From Octopus bimaculoides (Eukaryota), in NCBI RefSeq assembly GCF_001194135.2, contig NC_068995.1:33838458-33902457 (forward strand): 64,000 nucleotides of DNA, read 5' to 3'. Made by a program: the position numbers and the translations under genes. A model generated the notes under the pieces. The model was not told where the DNA came from. It saw only the letters and a program-made list of their open reading frames with translations, and did not search any database. Numbering within the stretch: the stretch's first letter is position 1; each line of letters opens with the position of its first letter. This document shows positions 11,821 through 23,223 of this stretch, piece after piece.

Positions 11821-14645
11821 TTCATCATCATCATCGTTTAACGTCCGCTTTCCATGCTAGCATGGGTTGGACGATTTGACTGAGGACTGGCGAACCAGAT
11901 GGCTACGCCAGGCTCCAATCTGATTTGGCAGAGTTTCTACAGCTGGATGCTCTTCCTAACGCCAACCACTCTGAGAGTGTAGTGGGTGCTTTTATGTGCC
12001 ACCAGCACAAAGGCCAGTCTGGCGGTACTGGCAATGACCATGCTCAAAATGGTGTATTTTATGTGCCACCTGCACAGGAACCAGTCCGGCAGAACTGGCA
12101 ACGATCTCGCTCGAACGTCTTTTCACGTGCCAGGAAGGCAAGACTGGTAACGATTACGCTCAAAAGGTGCTATTTATGTGCCACTGGCACGAAAGCCAGA
12201 CAGCTGCTCTGGCAACGATGACGCTTGGACGGTGCTCTTAGCGCTCAACTGGTACAGGTGCCATCACAATTTCGCTTTCACTTGCCCCAACAGGTCTTCG
12301 CAAGCCAAGTTTAGTTTCCAATGAAGGAGATGTTAGCATGGATGCCAGTCGTCGAATTTAGTTCGATTTCGATTTCATTCGCCTCAACAGGTCTTTGTAA
12401 GCGGAGTTTGGTGTCAAATGAAGGAAAGGTACGCATAAGTGGGCTGGCTACACCCCTGGAAGAGGCCTTCGATTATGGTCTCACTTGGCTTGCCGGGTCT
12501 TCTCATACACAGCATATTTCCAAAGGTCTCAGTCACAAGTCATTGCCTCGGTGAGGCCTAATGTTCTAAGGTCGTGCTTCAACACCTCAACCTAGGTCTT
12601 CCTGGCTCTACCTCTTCCACAGGTTCCTTCAACCGCTAGGCTGTGGCACTTTTACACACAGCTACCCTCATCCATTCTCGCCAGATGACCATACCAGCAC
12701 AATCGTCTCTCTTGCACACCACAACTGATGCCTCTTAGGTTCAACTTTTCTCTCAAGGTATTTACACTCTCTCGAGTATGCACACTGACATTACACATCC
12801 ATTGGAGCATACTGGCTTCATTCCTTGCGAGCTTACGCATGTCCTCAGCAGTCATGGGCATGTTTCACTGCCATGTAGCATGACTTTCATACACATGCGT
12901 CATACAGTCTGCCTTTTACTCTGAGAGTCCCTTTGTCACCAGCAGAGGTAAGAGCTCTCTGAACTTTGCCCAGTGTTTTCTTATTCGAGCAGCTACACTT
13001 TCAGCATACCCTCCCCCACTACCCCACTACTAACTTGGTCACCTAGATAGCAGAAGCTATCAACGACGTCTAGTTTTTCTCCCTGGAATGTGGCAGAAGT
13101 TGTTTTCTGCACATTTTCAGTGTTTATTGTTCCTGAACATCTGCCACATACAAAAACTATCTTCCTAGTTAACCTTCCTTTGATATTGCTGCACCTCTTA
13201 TGTGTTCATAGCTTACACTGGGTACATCTTATGGAGTTTCTACCTACACCTTTTCTACAGATCGAGCAGGGCCATCTACCTGAAAGGGTTTGTGTTTTGT
13301 CTACCTTCCTACTTATTAGGACTTTGGTTTTAGCTAGGTCGACTCTAAGGCCCTTCAATTCTAGTCCTTGCTTCCACACCTGAAACTTCTCCTCTAGTTC
13401 TGATAGTAACTCAGCAATTAGCGCAAGGTCATCAGCATAGAGGAGCTCCCAGGGGCATCCTGTCTTGAATTCCTGTGTTATTGCCTGGAGGATTATAATA
13501 AATAGGAGGGGGCTGAAGACTGAACCTAGGTGGACACCTACCTCTACCCGGAATTCTTCACTGTACTCGTTGCCAACCCTCACCTTACTGACAGCGTCTC
13601 TGTACATGGCTCGCACGGCTCTCACTAACCATTCTTCTATCCCTAGTTTCCTCATTGACCACCAGATAAAGGATCGTTGTCCCTGTCAAAGGCTTTCACT
13701 ATGTCAACCAGGTACAGAGGTTTATCTTTGGCTAGGTATTTCACCTGCAGCTGTCTTACCAGAAATATAGCATCAGTGGTGCTTTTCCCTGGCACGAATC
13801 CAAACTGCATATCATCTAAACTGACTCTCTCCCTAATTAGTTGGGCTATGACCCTCTCTGTGACTTTCCTTACCTGATCTAACAGCTCGATACCTCTGTA
13901 ATTATTTGTATCTAAAGCGTCACCTTTACCTTTGTAGCAGTTGACTATGGTGCTGCTCCACCAGTCATTGGGTATGACTCCTTCGTGTATCACCTGGTTG
14001 CACTACGGGTGACTAGGCTATAGCCGACACTGCCAGATATTTTGAGCATCTCTGCAGTGATTCCTGATGGGCCGGGACTTTCCCCGTCTTCATACTCTTA
14101 ATTGCTTTATCTACTATGGTACTGTCAACTCGGATAGCTGGTCAACATTTGGCAGACTCTCTTTCTCCCATTCATTCTCTTTATTGAGCAACCTTTTGTA
14201 GTGGTGTCTCCAAACCTGTTTCTTTGCAGCCTCGTTTAGTGCAAGTGTACCATCATCCATGCGAACACATTTCTCTCCCACGACATCACGGTTCTCTCTC
14301 ACACACCGTCTTGCAACACGAAATACCTCAAATCTTTGGTCCTCATGGCGCAGAACATTGGCAAATTTTTTCTTATCTGCTTCCCTTCTGGCTAAATAAA
14401 CGTGTCCCCTAGCTTCCCTTCTGGCAGTCTGATACAATTCCCTGCTACCTCCATTCTTCCAGTCCTTCCAAGCCGGTTTCTTTTGTCTAATAGGCCTGTC
14501 TACCTCCTTGTTCCACCACCACGTTACTTTGGGTTGAGAGGGTACTTTGCATCATCCACAGATCTGGTCAGTGGCCCTCAGCAGGTTGTCCTGTAGAAAC
14601 CTCTAGTTGTCTTCTACATTGTGTGAAGCTATATCCCCTTCTATT
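11821..14645 (-). mobile_element. 5'-truncated RTE LINE with a degenerate reverse transcriptase
   Basis: ORF pieces 13652-13993 (NYRGI.LL, QFGFVPGKSTTDAIF, KAFD) and 13206-13655 (GVH.GSV.SPLLF, LYADDL); 3' UTR with sub-repeats; (GAT)n tail. Inserted inside a TTAA-type MITE whose halves are at 11630-11820 and about 14641-14682. Confidence 0.95.
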
Positions 14646-16218
14646 TCATCAGATAAAATAACCTGAATGCTAAAAGGTATAATAACATTATCATCATCAT
14701 CATTTAACATCCGTTTTCCATGCTGGCATGGGTTGGACAATTTATAGATAAGCATGAGTCAATTTCCTTTCTATGAAGCTGAATAGAAATTAACATGTGT
14801 CAATGACATGGAAGTCAAAAGTTCAATGTTTGAAGTGAAAACTATATGGGCCAATCCTGGTTAGTGTGAAATTACTAACAAAGTTGACAGATAACTGACC
14901 TTATCCTATGTATTGTTAATGTGAAACTATAAAGAGACTCAACAGGTGACCTATTGTGTGTATATGAATGTGAAACTATGGAATAGAGTTGCTAGATGAT
15001 AAGATAAAATTTCTTTAAGAAAATGAAGCACTTGATTCTAGAGGAACAAATAGTACTAAAGGAGAACTCAGTCAACAAGTGACATGCTGTAGTACACTGC
15101 ATATTAATAGAATGATATGCCTTTAGGAGACGAAAAATAACAAGAGGAGCTTAGTTATGGGATAGATCACTTAACATGATATTCCTTTTCTGGACAGAAG
15201 AGGGCTTGAATATATTAAGATACATAATGGAATACAAAACAGAAACAAGCATTTAGATATAGCAAGCTGAGTTGATATATGATCTTGGGGGTAAATTGAC
15301 ATTAAGAGATATTTTCATTGTATATTTATCTCAACTTCTATTATTGCTTGAAACTTCTCTCTAATATTATAAAAGAACAAACCAAGCATTTTCAAGCCAG
15401 AAGTAACTAAGGGATCAACCATCTCAGTTTCTGAAAGGACCTTAAAATTCATTCCAAAAATGAGTTCAATATACATGTAATCTAAATCAAATTCCTAATA
15501 AGTTTTAAGATCTAAGAAATAGTAATAGCTCTCAACTAATTTCTTTCTGAGCAATTAAATGAAAAAATAGAAACTGCAAGTTTAAATTCACTATGATATT
15601 GAAACCCTATACTCTTCCTCTGATTCTTACTAAAGAGAGTAACATTTCCCCCTAAAATATATGATGATAAAGCATGTGTCCATGTCGCTCATTTTCACTC
15701 CCACGACCCACAGAAATACAAAACAAAACAAACCAGCCACTCTAATAAACAATCATCTCTTATACTATTCTGAGTGTTTTTCCCCATCTCAGCATCAACT
15801 GGGGGAAAACCTTCGTTACTAACATATATAGTAGCATGTAGGTGCCACTTCAAAGTAACAATACAAAATGAAAATGTTTATTTAGGTTGACTGCATGCTT
15901 CTCCTTGACCTTCATCAAACCAATCATGCTGAGCAGTTCAAATTTCAGTTATCTCTTAACTCCTGTTTCCTGTCAATATATACTTGGGCTATATATTCTC
16001 TTTTTTTGCTAAAAATTTGTATACATTGTAAAAAACACCTCTCTTTTTTAAATTTTTTTTTTTACCTTAAACGTAACTGAAAACTTTATCTGCAAGGTCA
16101 AAAATTTCAGCAACTGAGTTTAAATATTTGAAGATCTTGCAAGTATTTTGTTCTTTTGTAAAGAGATGCTGAATGAAAGCACTCAAACTGTGTGATCTCA
16201 AATCAAGTTAAACATTAT

Positions 16219-16605
16219 TCTCTTTTACTTGTTTCAGTCATTTGACTGTGGCCATGCTGGAGCACAGCCTTTAGTCGAGCAAATCCACCCCAGGACTTAT
16301 TCTTTGTAAGCCTAGTACTTATTCTATCGGTCCCTCTTGCCGAACCGCTAAGTTACGAGAATGTAAACACGCCAGCATCATTTGTCAAGCAATGTTGGAG
16401 GGACAAACACAGATACACAAACATATACTCACACACATACATATATACGACAGGCTTCTTTCAGTTTCCGTCTACCAAATCCACTCACAAGGCTTTGGTC
16501 GGCCCAAGGCTATAGTAGAAGACACTTGCCTAAGGTGCCACGCAGTGGGACTGAACCCGGAACTATGTGGTTGATAAGTAAGCTACTTACCACACAGCCA
16601 CTCCT
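16219..16605 (-). mobile_element. tRNA-derived SINE, family A (head, central microsatellite, tail)
   Basis: On the minus strand, A-box-like TGGCTGTGTGG and B-box-like GGTTCAGTCC. Homologous copies at about 30690-30780, 34274-34830, 37452-37896, 43540-43660, 43910-44030, 50352-50727 and 62410-62930. Confidence 0.85.
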
Positions 16606-16615
16606 ATGCATATGC

Positions 16616-16647
<32 letters not shown>

Positions 16648-17559
16648 TTAGAAATAGAAAACAGTAATACAATGGAAAAAACAAAAACCACTTCAGAAAG
16701 ACTTCAGTGCTGAGTACTGTAGCATATTTATATGAGAATTTCACAGACTTCCATCTATGAGGATGAAAACTATTAGAGATTAAAAACAATGTATTACACC
16801 CTTGCCTGGTTGATTACATGACAAAATTTCTCTTTATATTCTTATTTGTAACACCTTATTTGGCTGAAGTGTATCATGACTTTCCTTCATTGTATATTGT
16901 TAATTTTGTCTCTGTCTCTTGGTCTCATTGTTGGAACAAAAGCCTATGATTTTTCAGACAATTCTTTCGTTCAATTTTTTGGAAATTTCCTCTTCCACTG
17001 TTGATGCCTGACATACAATAATTATACAAGTTGCATTATCATCATTTAATGTTCATTTTCCATGCTGGCATGGGTTGGACAGCTTGACAGGAACTGGCAA
17101 GGCCACAGGTTCGCGCCAGGTTCCAGAGTCTATTTTGGCTTGGTTTCTACAACTGGATGCCCTTCCTAATGCCAACAACTTTAAAGTGTACTGGGTGCTT
17201 TTTACATGGCATCATCACCAGTGCTTTTTATGTGGCACCTTGTGAAGAGTGGGTCTTCTTGAGTATAGAAATACACCAATCCAATTCAGACTATTTGGTC
17301 AATATTAATTGAAACAGAAATGCTGTTGTTCAAATCAGAAATTGAAAAAAAACACTTCTGGAACATTAAATAAGAACTCAATATATATTGTGAAAGCATT
17401 GGTCAATATGACATTCAATTAGAAAGTCAATAGTAATAGAGAACGTTGAAGAGTAGAACTACCACATTTGATCTGCCTGATTTACTGACCTACAATTTCA
17501 ACTATGATGAATGTTAGTTTAAATTTTGAAAAAAAGTTTAATCTCTCTCTGATTATAAC

Positions 17560-19173
17560 ATGTCACCAGCAGAGGTAAGAGCTCTCTGAACTTTACCCAG
17601 GCTATTCTTATTCTAGCAGCTATACTTTCAGAGCACCCACCCCCACGACTGACTTGGTCACCTAGGTAATGTAAGCTATCAATGACTTCTAGTTTTTCTC
17701 CCTGGAATGTGGCAGAAGTTGTTCTCTGCACATTTTCAGTGTTTATTGTTCCTGAACATCTGCTACATACAAAAACTATCTTCCTAGTTAACCTTCCTTT
17801 GATATTGCTGCACCTCTTATGTGTTCATAGCTTACACTGGGTACATCTTATGGAGTTTCTACCTACGCCTTTTCTACAGATCGAGCAGGGCCATCTACCT
17901 GAAGGGGTTTGTGGTTTATCTACCTTCCTACTTATTAGGACTTTGGTTTTAGCTAGGTTGACTGTAAGGCACTTCGATTCTAGTCCTTGCTTCCACACCT
18001 GAAACTTCTCTAGTTCTGATAGTGACTCAGCAATTAGTGCAAGGTCATCAGCATAGAGGAGCTCCCAGGGGCATCCTGTCTTGAATTCCTCTGTTATCAC
18101 CTGGAGGACTATGATAAATAAGAGGGGGCTGAGGACTGAACCTTGGTGGACCCCTACCTCTACCCGGAATTCTTTACAGTACTCGTTGCCAACCCTCATC
18201 TTACTGACTGCGTCCCTGCACGTGGCTTGCACAGCTCTCACTAACTATTCATCTATCCCTAGTTTCCTCATTGATCACCAGATAAGGGATCGTTGTCCCT
18301 GTCAAAGGCTTTCACCATGTCAACTAGGTACAGAGGTTTATCTTTGGCTAGGTATTTCTCCTGCAGCTGTCTAACCAGAAATATAGCATCAGTGGTGCTT
18401 TTCCTTGGCACAAACCCAAACTGCATCTCATCTAAGCTGACTCTCTCCCTAATTAGTTGGACTATGACCCTCTCAGTCACCTTCATTACCTGATCCAATA
18501 ACTTGGTACCTCTGTAATTGTTTGTGTCTAAAGCGTCACCTTTACCTTTGTGGCAGTTGACTATGGTGCTGCTACACCAGTCATTGGGTATGACTCCTTC
18601 GTATATCACCTGGTTAACTATACGGGGGACTAGGCTATAGCCAACACTGTCAGATACTTTGAGCATCTCTACAGTGATTACCGATGGGCCGGGGGCTTCC
18701 CCTGTCTTCATACTCTTGATTGCTTTATCTACAAAGGGACTGTCAATTAGGATAGCTGGTTCCTCTGTTGGGTCGACATTTGGCAGACTCTCTTTCTCCC
18801 ATTCATTCTCTTTATTAAGCAACCTTTCATAGTGGCGTCTCCAAACCTCTGTCTTTGCAGCCTCGTTTAGTGCAAGTGAGCCTGTCTTGCAACACGAAAT
18901 ACGTCTTAGGTCTTCACGGCGCAGAAGACTGGCAAATTTTTTCTTATCTGCTTCCCCTCTGGCTAAATAAATGCGTCTCCTGGCGTCCCTTCTGGCAGTC
19001 TGATACAATTCTCTGCTACTTCTGCTCTTCCAGCCCTTCCAAGCCTGTTTCTTTTGTCTAATAGCCCTGTCAACCACATTGTTCTACCACCACGTTACCT
19101 TGGGTCGAGAGGGGACTTTGCACCATCTACAGATCTGGTCAGTGGCTCTCACTAGGTTGTCCCGTAAAAACCT
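17560..19173 (-). mobile_element. RTE LINE internal fragment (RT domain), truncated at both ends
   Basis: ORFs 18268-19077 and 17825-18241 with NYRG, QFGF..RKSTTDAIF, GVHQGSVLSPLLF, LYADDL; collinear with the 11821-14645 copy. Confidence 0.95.
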
Positions 19174-19177
19174 CCAG

Positions 19178-19208
<31 letters not shown>

Positions 19209-19302
19209 CACATAGAGACATTAAATATATATTATATATACTTGGTAAAATTGTTAATTTATTAATTATGTGACAATTCCCTGTCCTATATCTATCCATC
19301 TA

Positions 19303-19336
<34 letters not shown>

Positions 19337-19360
19337 CATACATAGACATACATACGTGTG

Positions 19361-19612
19361 NNNNNNNNNNNNNNNNNNNNNNNNNNNNNNNNNNNNNNNN
19401 NNNNNNNNNNNNNNNNNNNNNNNNNNNNNNNNNNNNNNNNNNNNNNNNNNNNNNNNNNNNNNNNNNNNNNNNNNNNNNNNNNNNNNNNNNNNNNNNNNNN
19501 NNNNNNNNNNNNNNNNNNNNNNNNNNNNNNNNNNNNNNNNNNNNNNNNNNNNNNNNNNNNNNNNNNNNNNNNNNNNNNNNNNNNNNNNNNNNNNNNNNNN
19601 NNNNNNNNNNNN
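19361..19612. other. Assembly gap (N run)
   Basis: About 252 N between microsatellites. Confidence 0.99.
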
Positions 19613-20808
19613 GTGTGTGTGTGTGTGTGTGCGTGTGTGCGCGCGCGCGCATATACAGAAAAAGCCCCATCAATACATGGTCAATGCCAATTCCGCTTGA
19701 CTGGCTGCTATGCCGGTGGAACGTAAAAAAAAAGCACCATCTGATCATGGCAGCCGCCAGTACCCCCTGGTTTGCTCTTGTGCTGATGGCATGTAAAATG
19801 CACCAACCGAACATGGATGATGCCAGTACCCACTGAGTGGACCCTATACCGGTGGCATGCAAGAAGCACCATCCGAATGTTATCAATGCCAGGCCCGCCT
19901 GAGTGGCTCCTATGCAAAAAACACCCACTACACTGTTGGAGTGGTTGGTATTAGGAAGGGCATTGAGCTGTAGAAACACTGCCAGATCTGACTGGAGACT
20001 GGTGCAGCCACTGGTTTTCCAAACCTCAGTCAAACTGTCGAACCCATGCCAGCATTAAACAATGATGATGGCCAGTTTAAATGCTTGAAAAGGGCAAAGG
20101 GCCCAACTTTTCTCTCATTTCCATGGTTTTTGCAAACAGATAGTGCCAATATTTGTGACAACTGGATACACCACCCGTTGTTCTGTGGTTTGACTAAATG
20201 AATAACAATGGTTGCATTAAGATGGCAATTGAGTTTGTAGTGATAGCTTAGCTACTGCTGTGGTTGATTCCATATACTATGTGCATGTATGTTTGTTTCA
20301 GTTTTAATTTTTATGTAATTTCCTTTCTATCTTTTATAGCTGTTAAATATTGAAGCCACAGCTAAGTACTTATTTATATGCTGTTGTTGGAGGCAGAAAA
20401 CAGACAGTCATCCTAACTAACTATTATTTCATTACTATCTCTCTTCGTACATTTAGTATGATCACCGATAAAGATTCTATACTGATAGAAATCATGGAAA
20501 GAAAAAGACATCTCTCTCACACACACACACACACACACACCCTGTAGCATTTAAACTGGTCACATCTCTCACACTTACCCTACATTGTCATTCTAAAAAT
20601 AACAGTTGCATTATTAAAATCCCGAAACTACAAGACAGTACATGATTAATTAAAAAAAACAACGCAAATAAATAAGTATTATATTTGACAGAATAAATCT
20701 GAATGTTAAAGGGTTAATTTCTAAAAAATTAGAGATTTTATTTTCGAAAACACAAAAAACTTTTATCCACACAGTTGAAAACAAAAATGTTGAACTCCAA
20801 TAACATAC

Positions 20809-20890
20809 CTTTCTAAAAGCCTTTTTTATTTCGTCATTTGAAGCATTCTTTTTGACACCTAATAATTCATATAAAGAATCTCCAGAGCTC
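20809..20890 (-). CDS. DNAJC5: DNAJC5-like coding exon 2: (S)SSGDSLYELLGVKKNASNDEIKKAFRK, N-terminal part of the J-domain
   Basis: Acceptor ttttctttttcag, donor gtatgt, 82 nt. Translation is a typical J-domain start (LYxxLGV...EIKKAFRK). Confidence 0.95.
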
Positions 20891-21070
20891 CTGAAAAAGA
20901 AAATATTTTATATTAGTTTATTTATTTATTGTTTAAACACAGAGCATTATGAAAATAACCCAAATCATCCTTACTATTGTCGGCCTCTTCTACTCCACCT
21001 CAAGATCTAAACCTACATGGTTAAGACACTGGCGTATGGAGATTGACTCCTACGGAATGAAAGTAATATA

Positions 21071-21307
21071 TATCTCTTTATTGCCCACAGGGGGCTAAAC
21101 ATAGAGGGGGACAAACAAGGACAGGCAAAGGGATTAAGTTGATTACATCGACTCCAGTGTGTAACTGGTACTTATTTAATTGACCCCGGAAGGATGAGGG
21201 GTAAAGTCAACCTCAGCGGAATTTGAACTCAGAACATAACAGCAGACAAAATACCGCTAAGCATTTCGCCCAGGGTGCTAACGATTCTGCCAGCTCGCCA
21301 CCCTGAT
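21071..21307 (-). mobile_element. Young tRNA-derived SINE, family B, with a 13-bp TSD
   Basis: TGAAAGTAATATA at 21058-21070 and 21308-21320; B-box-like GAGTTCAAATTCC; CpGs intact. Older copies at 32245-32455, 32457-32660 and 56742-56930. Confidence 0.88.
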
Positions 21308-22948
21308 TGAAAGTAATATAGTCGTGTATGTTGGCCTTACAGATGGAGAAAGAATGGTGAATGCGTATTTGGTTCTGTGTAGTGTGAATATAAATGGAAA
21401 GGGTGATTTGTTGATTTTGAGTTGAATCAGTTTGTTAAAAGTGTTGGTATTTATTCATTTGGAGTTTATACCATGAGGTTTTTATACCTTCCTCATTGGT
21501 ATAGCAGGTTATTTTTTTTATGATGGTATTCTCAGACAGGTACATTTGCATAATTGTAACCTTAAGATACACAAACATTCCTTGAAAACAAGCTTTATTA
21601 TACCTACTCAAAACATTACAGGAGATCAGTCAATATTCTATTTATAAAGTCATTTACTCTTGGCAAAGGGCCGGCCAGTTGGTAACAACACAAAGCATAA
21701 AATAGGTAGATCATCTCTATAGTATTGGTTCCTAAAATGAACACAGTGTTCATTTTAGGAATACTATACAAATACTATACAAATAAGATAATATTAAAAG
21801 GAGGTTGCAATACGTCCAATACTTTTGGCATATCATAACTTTTTCACTCCAAATAATCCAAATTTCTCCTGTATAGTATTCTATAAAGCTGGAGGTATTG
21901 GAGATGAAGTACAGGTATAGTGAATGGAATATTGAAAATCTCTGACCAGGAATGTGAATAAGTACACTTAAGTAGACTAGTTTTGTTTGACTTATATTAA
22001 TGGATTGCCTTGAGTCTATTTACTATTTCATCTGAAGTATTTAACACACACACATACACAAAAGCCTTTGGAATTTTTCTGACAAGATAGCATCACCTAG
22101 TTATGCATGTATGAACCAACTGTTTAATGGAATGTCCTAAACTAAGTATGTGATTATTTTTAAAATAATCTGATTAACTGCACTCAGGAATGCTTTCCCA
22201 ATAAAACAGATAGTGAATGTTATGCGAGGTGAGCTAGCCTATGTGGGATAATGAAATTACTGAATATGATCATATCACAACAGTATATCATTTTTGTGTT
22301 TGTCCTGAATGCAAGTATATGAACATTCTATCCCTCCTGCTGATATCTATTACCTTCCAGTTAACTGGTAATATTTGTGTATAAAATAACAATAAACATA
22401 CATAACTGCTCCAAAGGTTAATAGTTCTAACAGGTAAACAACTTTTCTTTTAAGGACAAGGTAAGTTAAAATTCCTAGACCCAAGATATCAGGAATGTTT
22501 TGGATAAGGACAACTCTCTAGGAGACAAGTGACTGATATGCTTTAATTTTTATCCTACAGAACTTAGATAGCCATTAAATCAACCTGTATCATTGTGTAT
22601 CAAAATATATTGATCCTCTGAAGATGAAATCTGATGGAAACTATTTTTGCATGGTTCTTCCAGCATTGTCACTCTCCCATTATTCTGTCCTCTGTTACCA
22701 TTTCAGCTTGATCACTGTTTCTTTTATCATTCTTTCCTTCCTTTCACTCACTCATGGTTGGCCTTCTGTCCTGTCTCCTCTTTTCACTCACTTGGTGATT
22801 CTGACTTGAATGAATAGAGACATCATAGATTAGAGAGAACTCTTCAGACTTGGGGTATGAGGCAACCTCAGTCGTGTTGGTGACAAGCATAAATGCACCA
22901 GTAGACTCTGTAAAGATGTTAGTGTTAAGGGCATTCAGCCATATAAAT

Positions 22949-23223
22949 CAGTGGTTCTCAAACATTTTCGGGCTGCCTCCTCCCCCTTGACACTCAGGCC
23001 ACATTCCTCGCACCCCCACCTCAACTAACCATCAAAAACATAGACCTCTTTTTGAAGCACATTTGAAGAAACTGTATTTCACAAATAAAACTTAACCTAA
23101 TGAACCCATTATTTTGTTGCTTTTACATGAATCACTACCCCATTATGGCCCCAATTTTCTTCAACATCCCCTTGGAACTCCCCCTCCCCAGTGGAGCAAT
23201 ACCACTCACTTTGGGAACTACTA
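22949..23223. mobile_element. Charlie-type hAT MITE with a perfect 8-bp TSD
   Basis: CAGTGGTTCTCAAA...TTTGGGAACTACTA, flanked by ATATAAAT at 22941-22948 and 23224-23231. Confidence 0.85.

Noticed and set aside
11990-12270. CRISPR-like repeat-spacer array
   Set aside because: Imperfect tandem units inside a eukaryotic LINE UTR, with no unique spacers and no cas genes.
16500-16605. tRNA genes at SINE heads
   Set aside because: A/B boxes are present but there is no full cloverleaf, and each continues into a multi-copy SINE body.
19266-20033. 255-aa and overlapping ORFs
   Set aside because: Made of an N gap, microsatellites and RTE 3' UTR.
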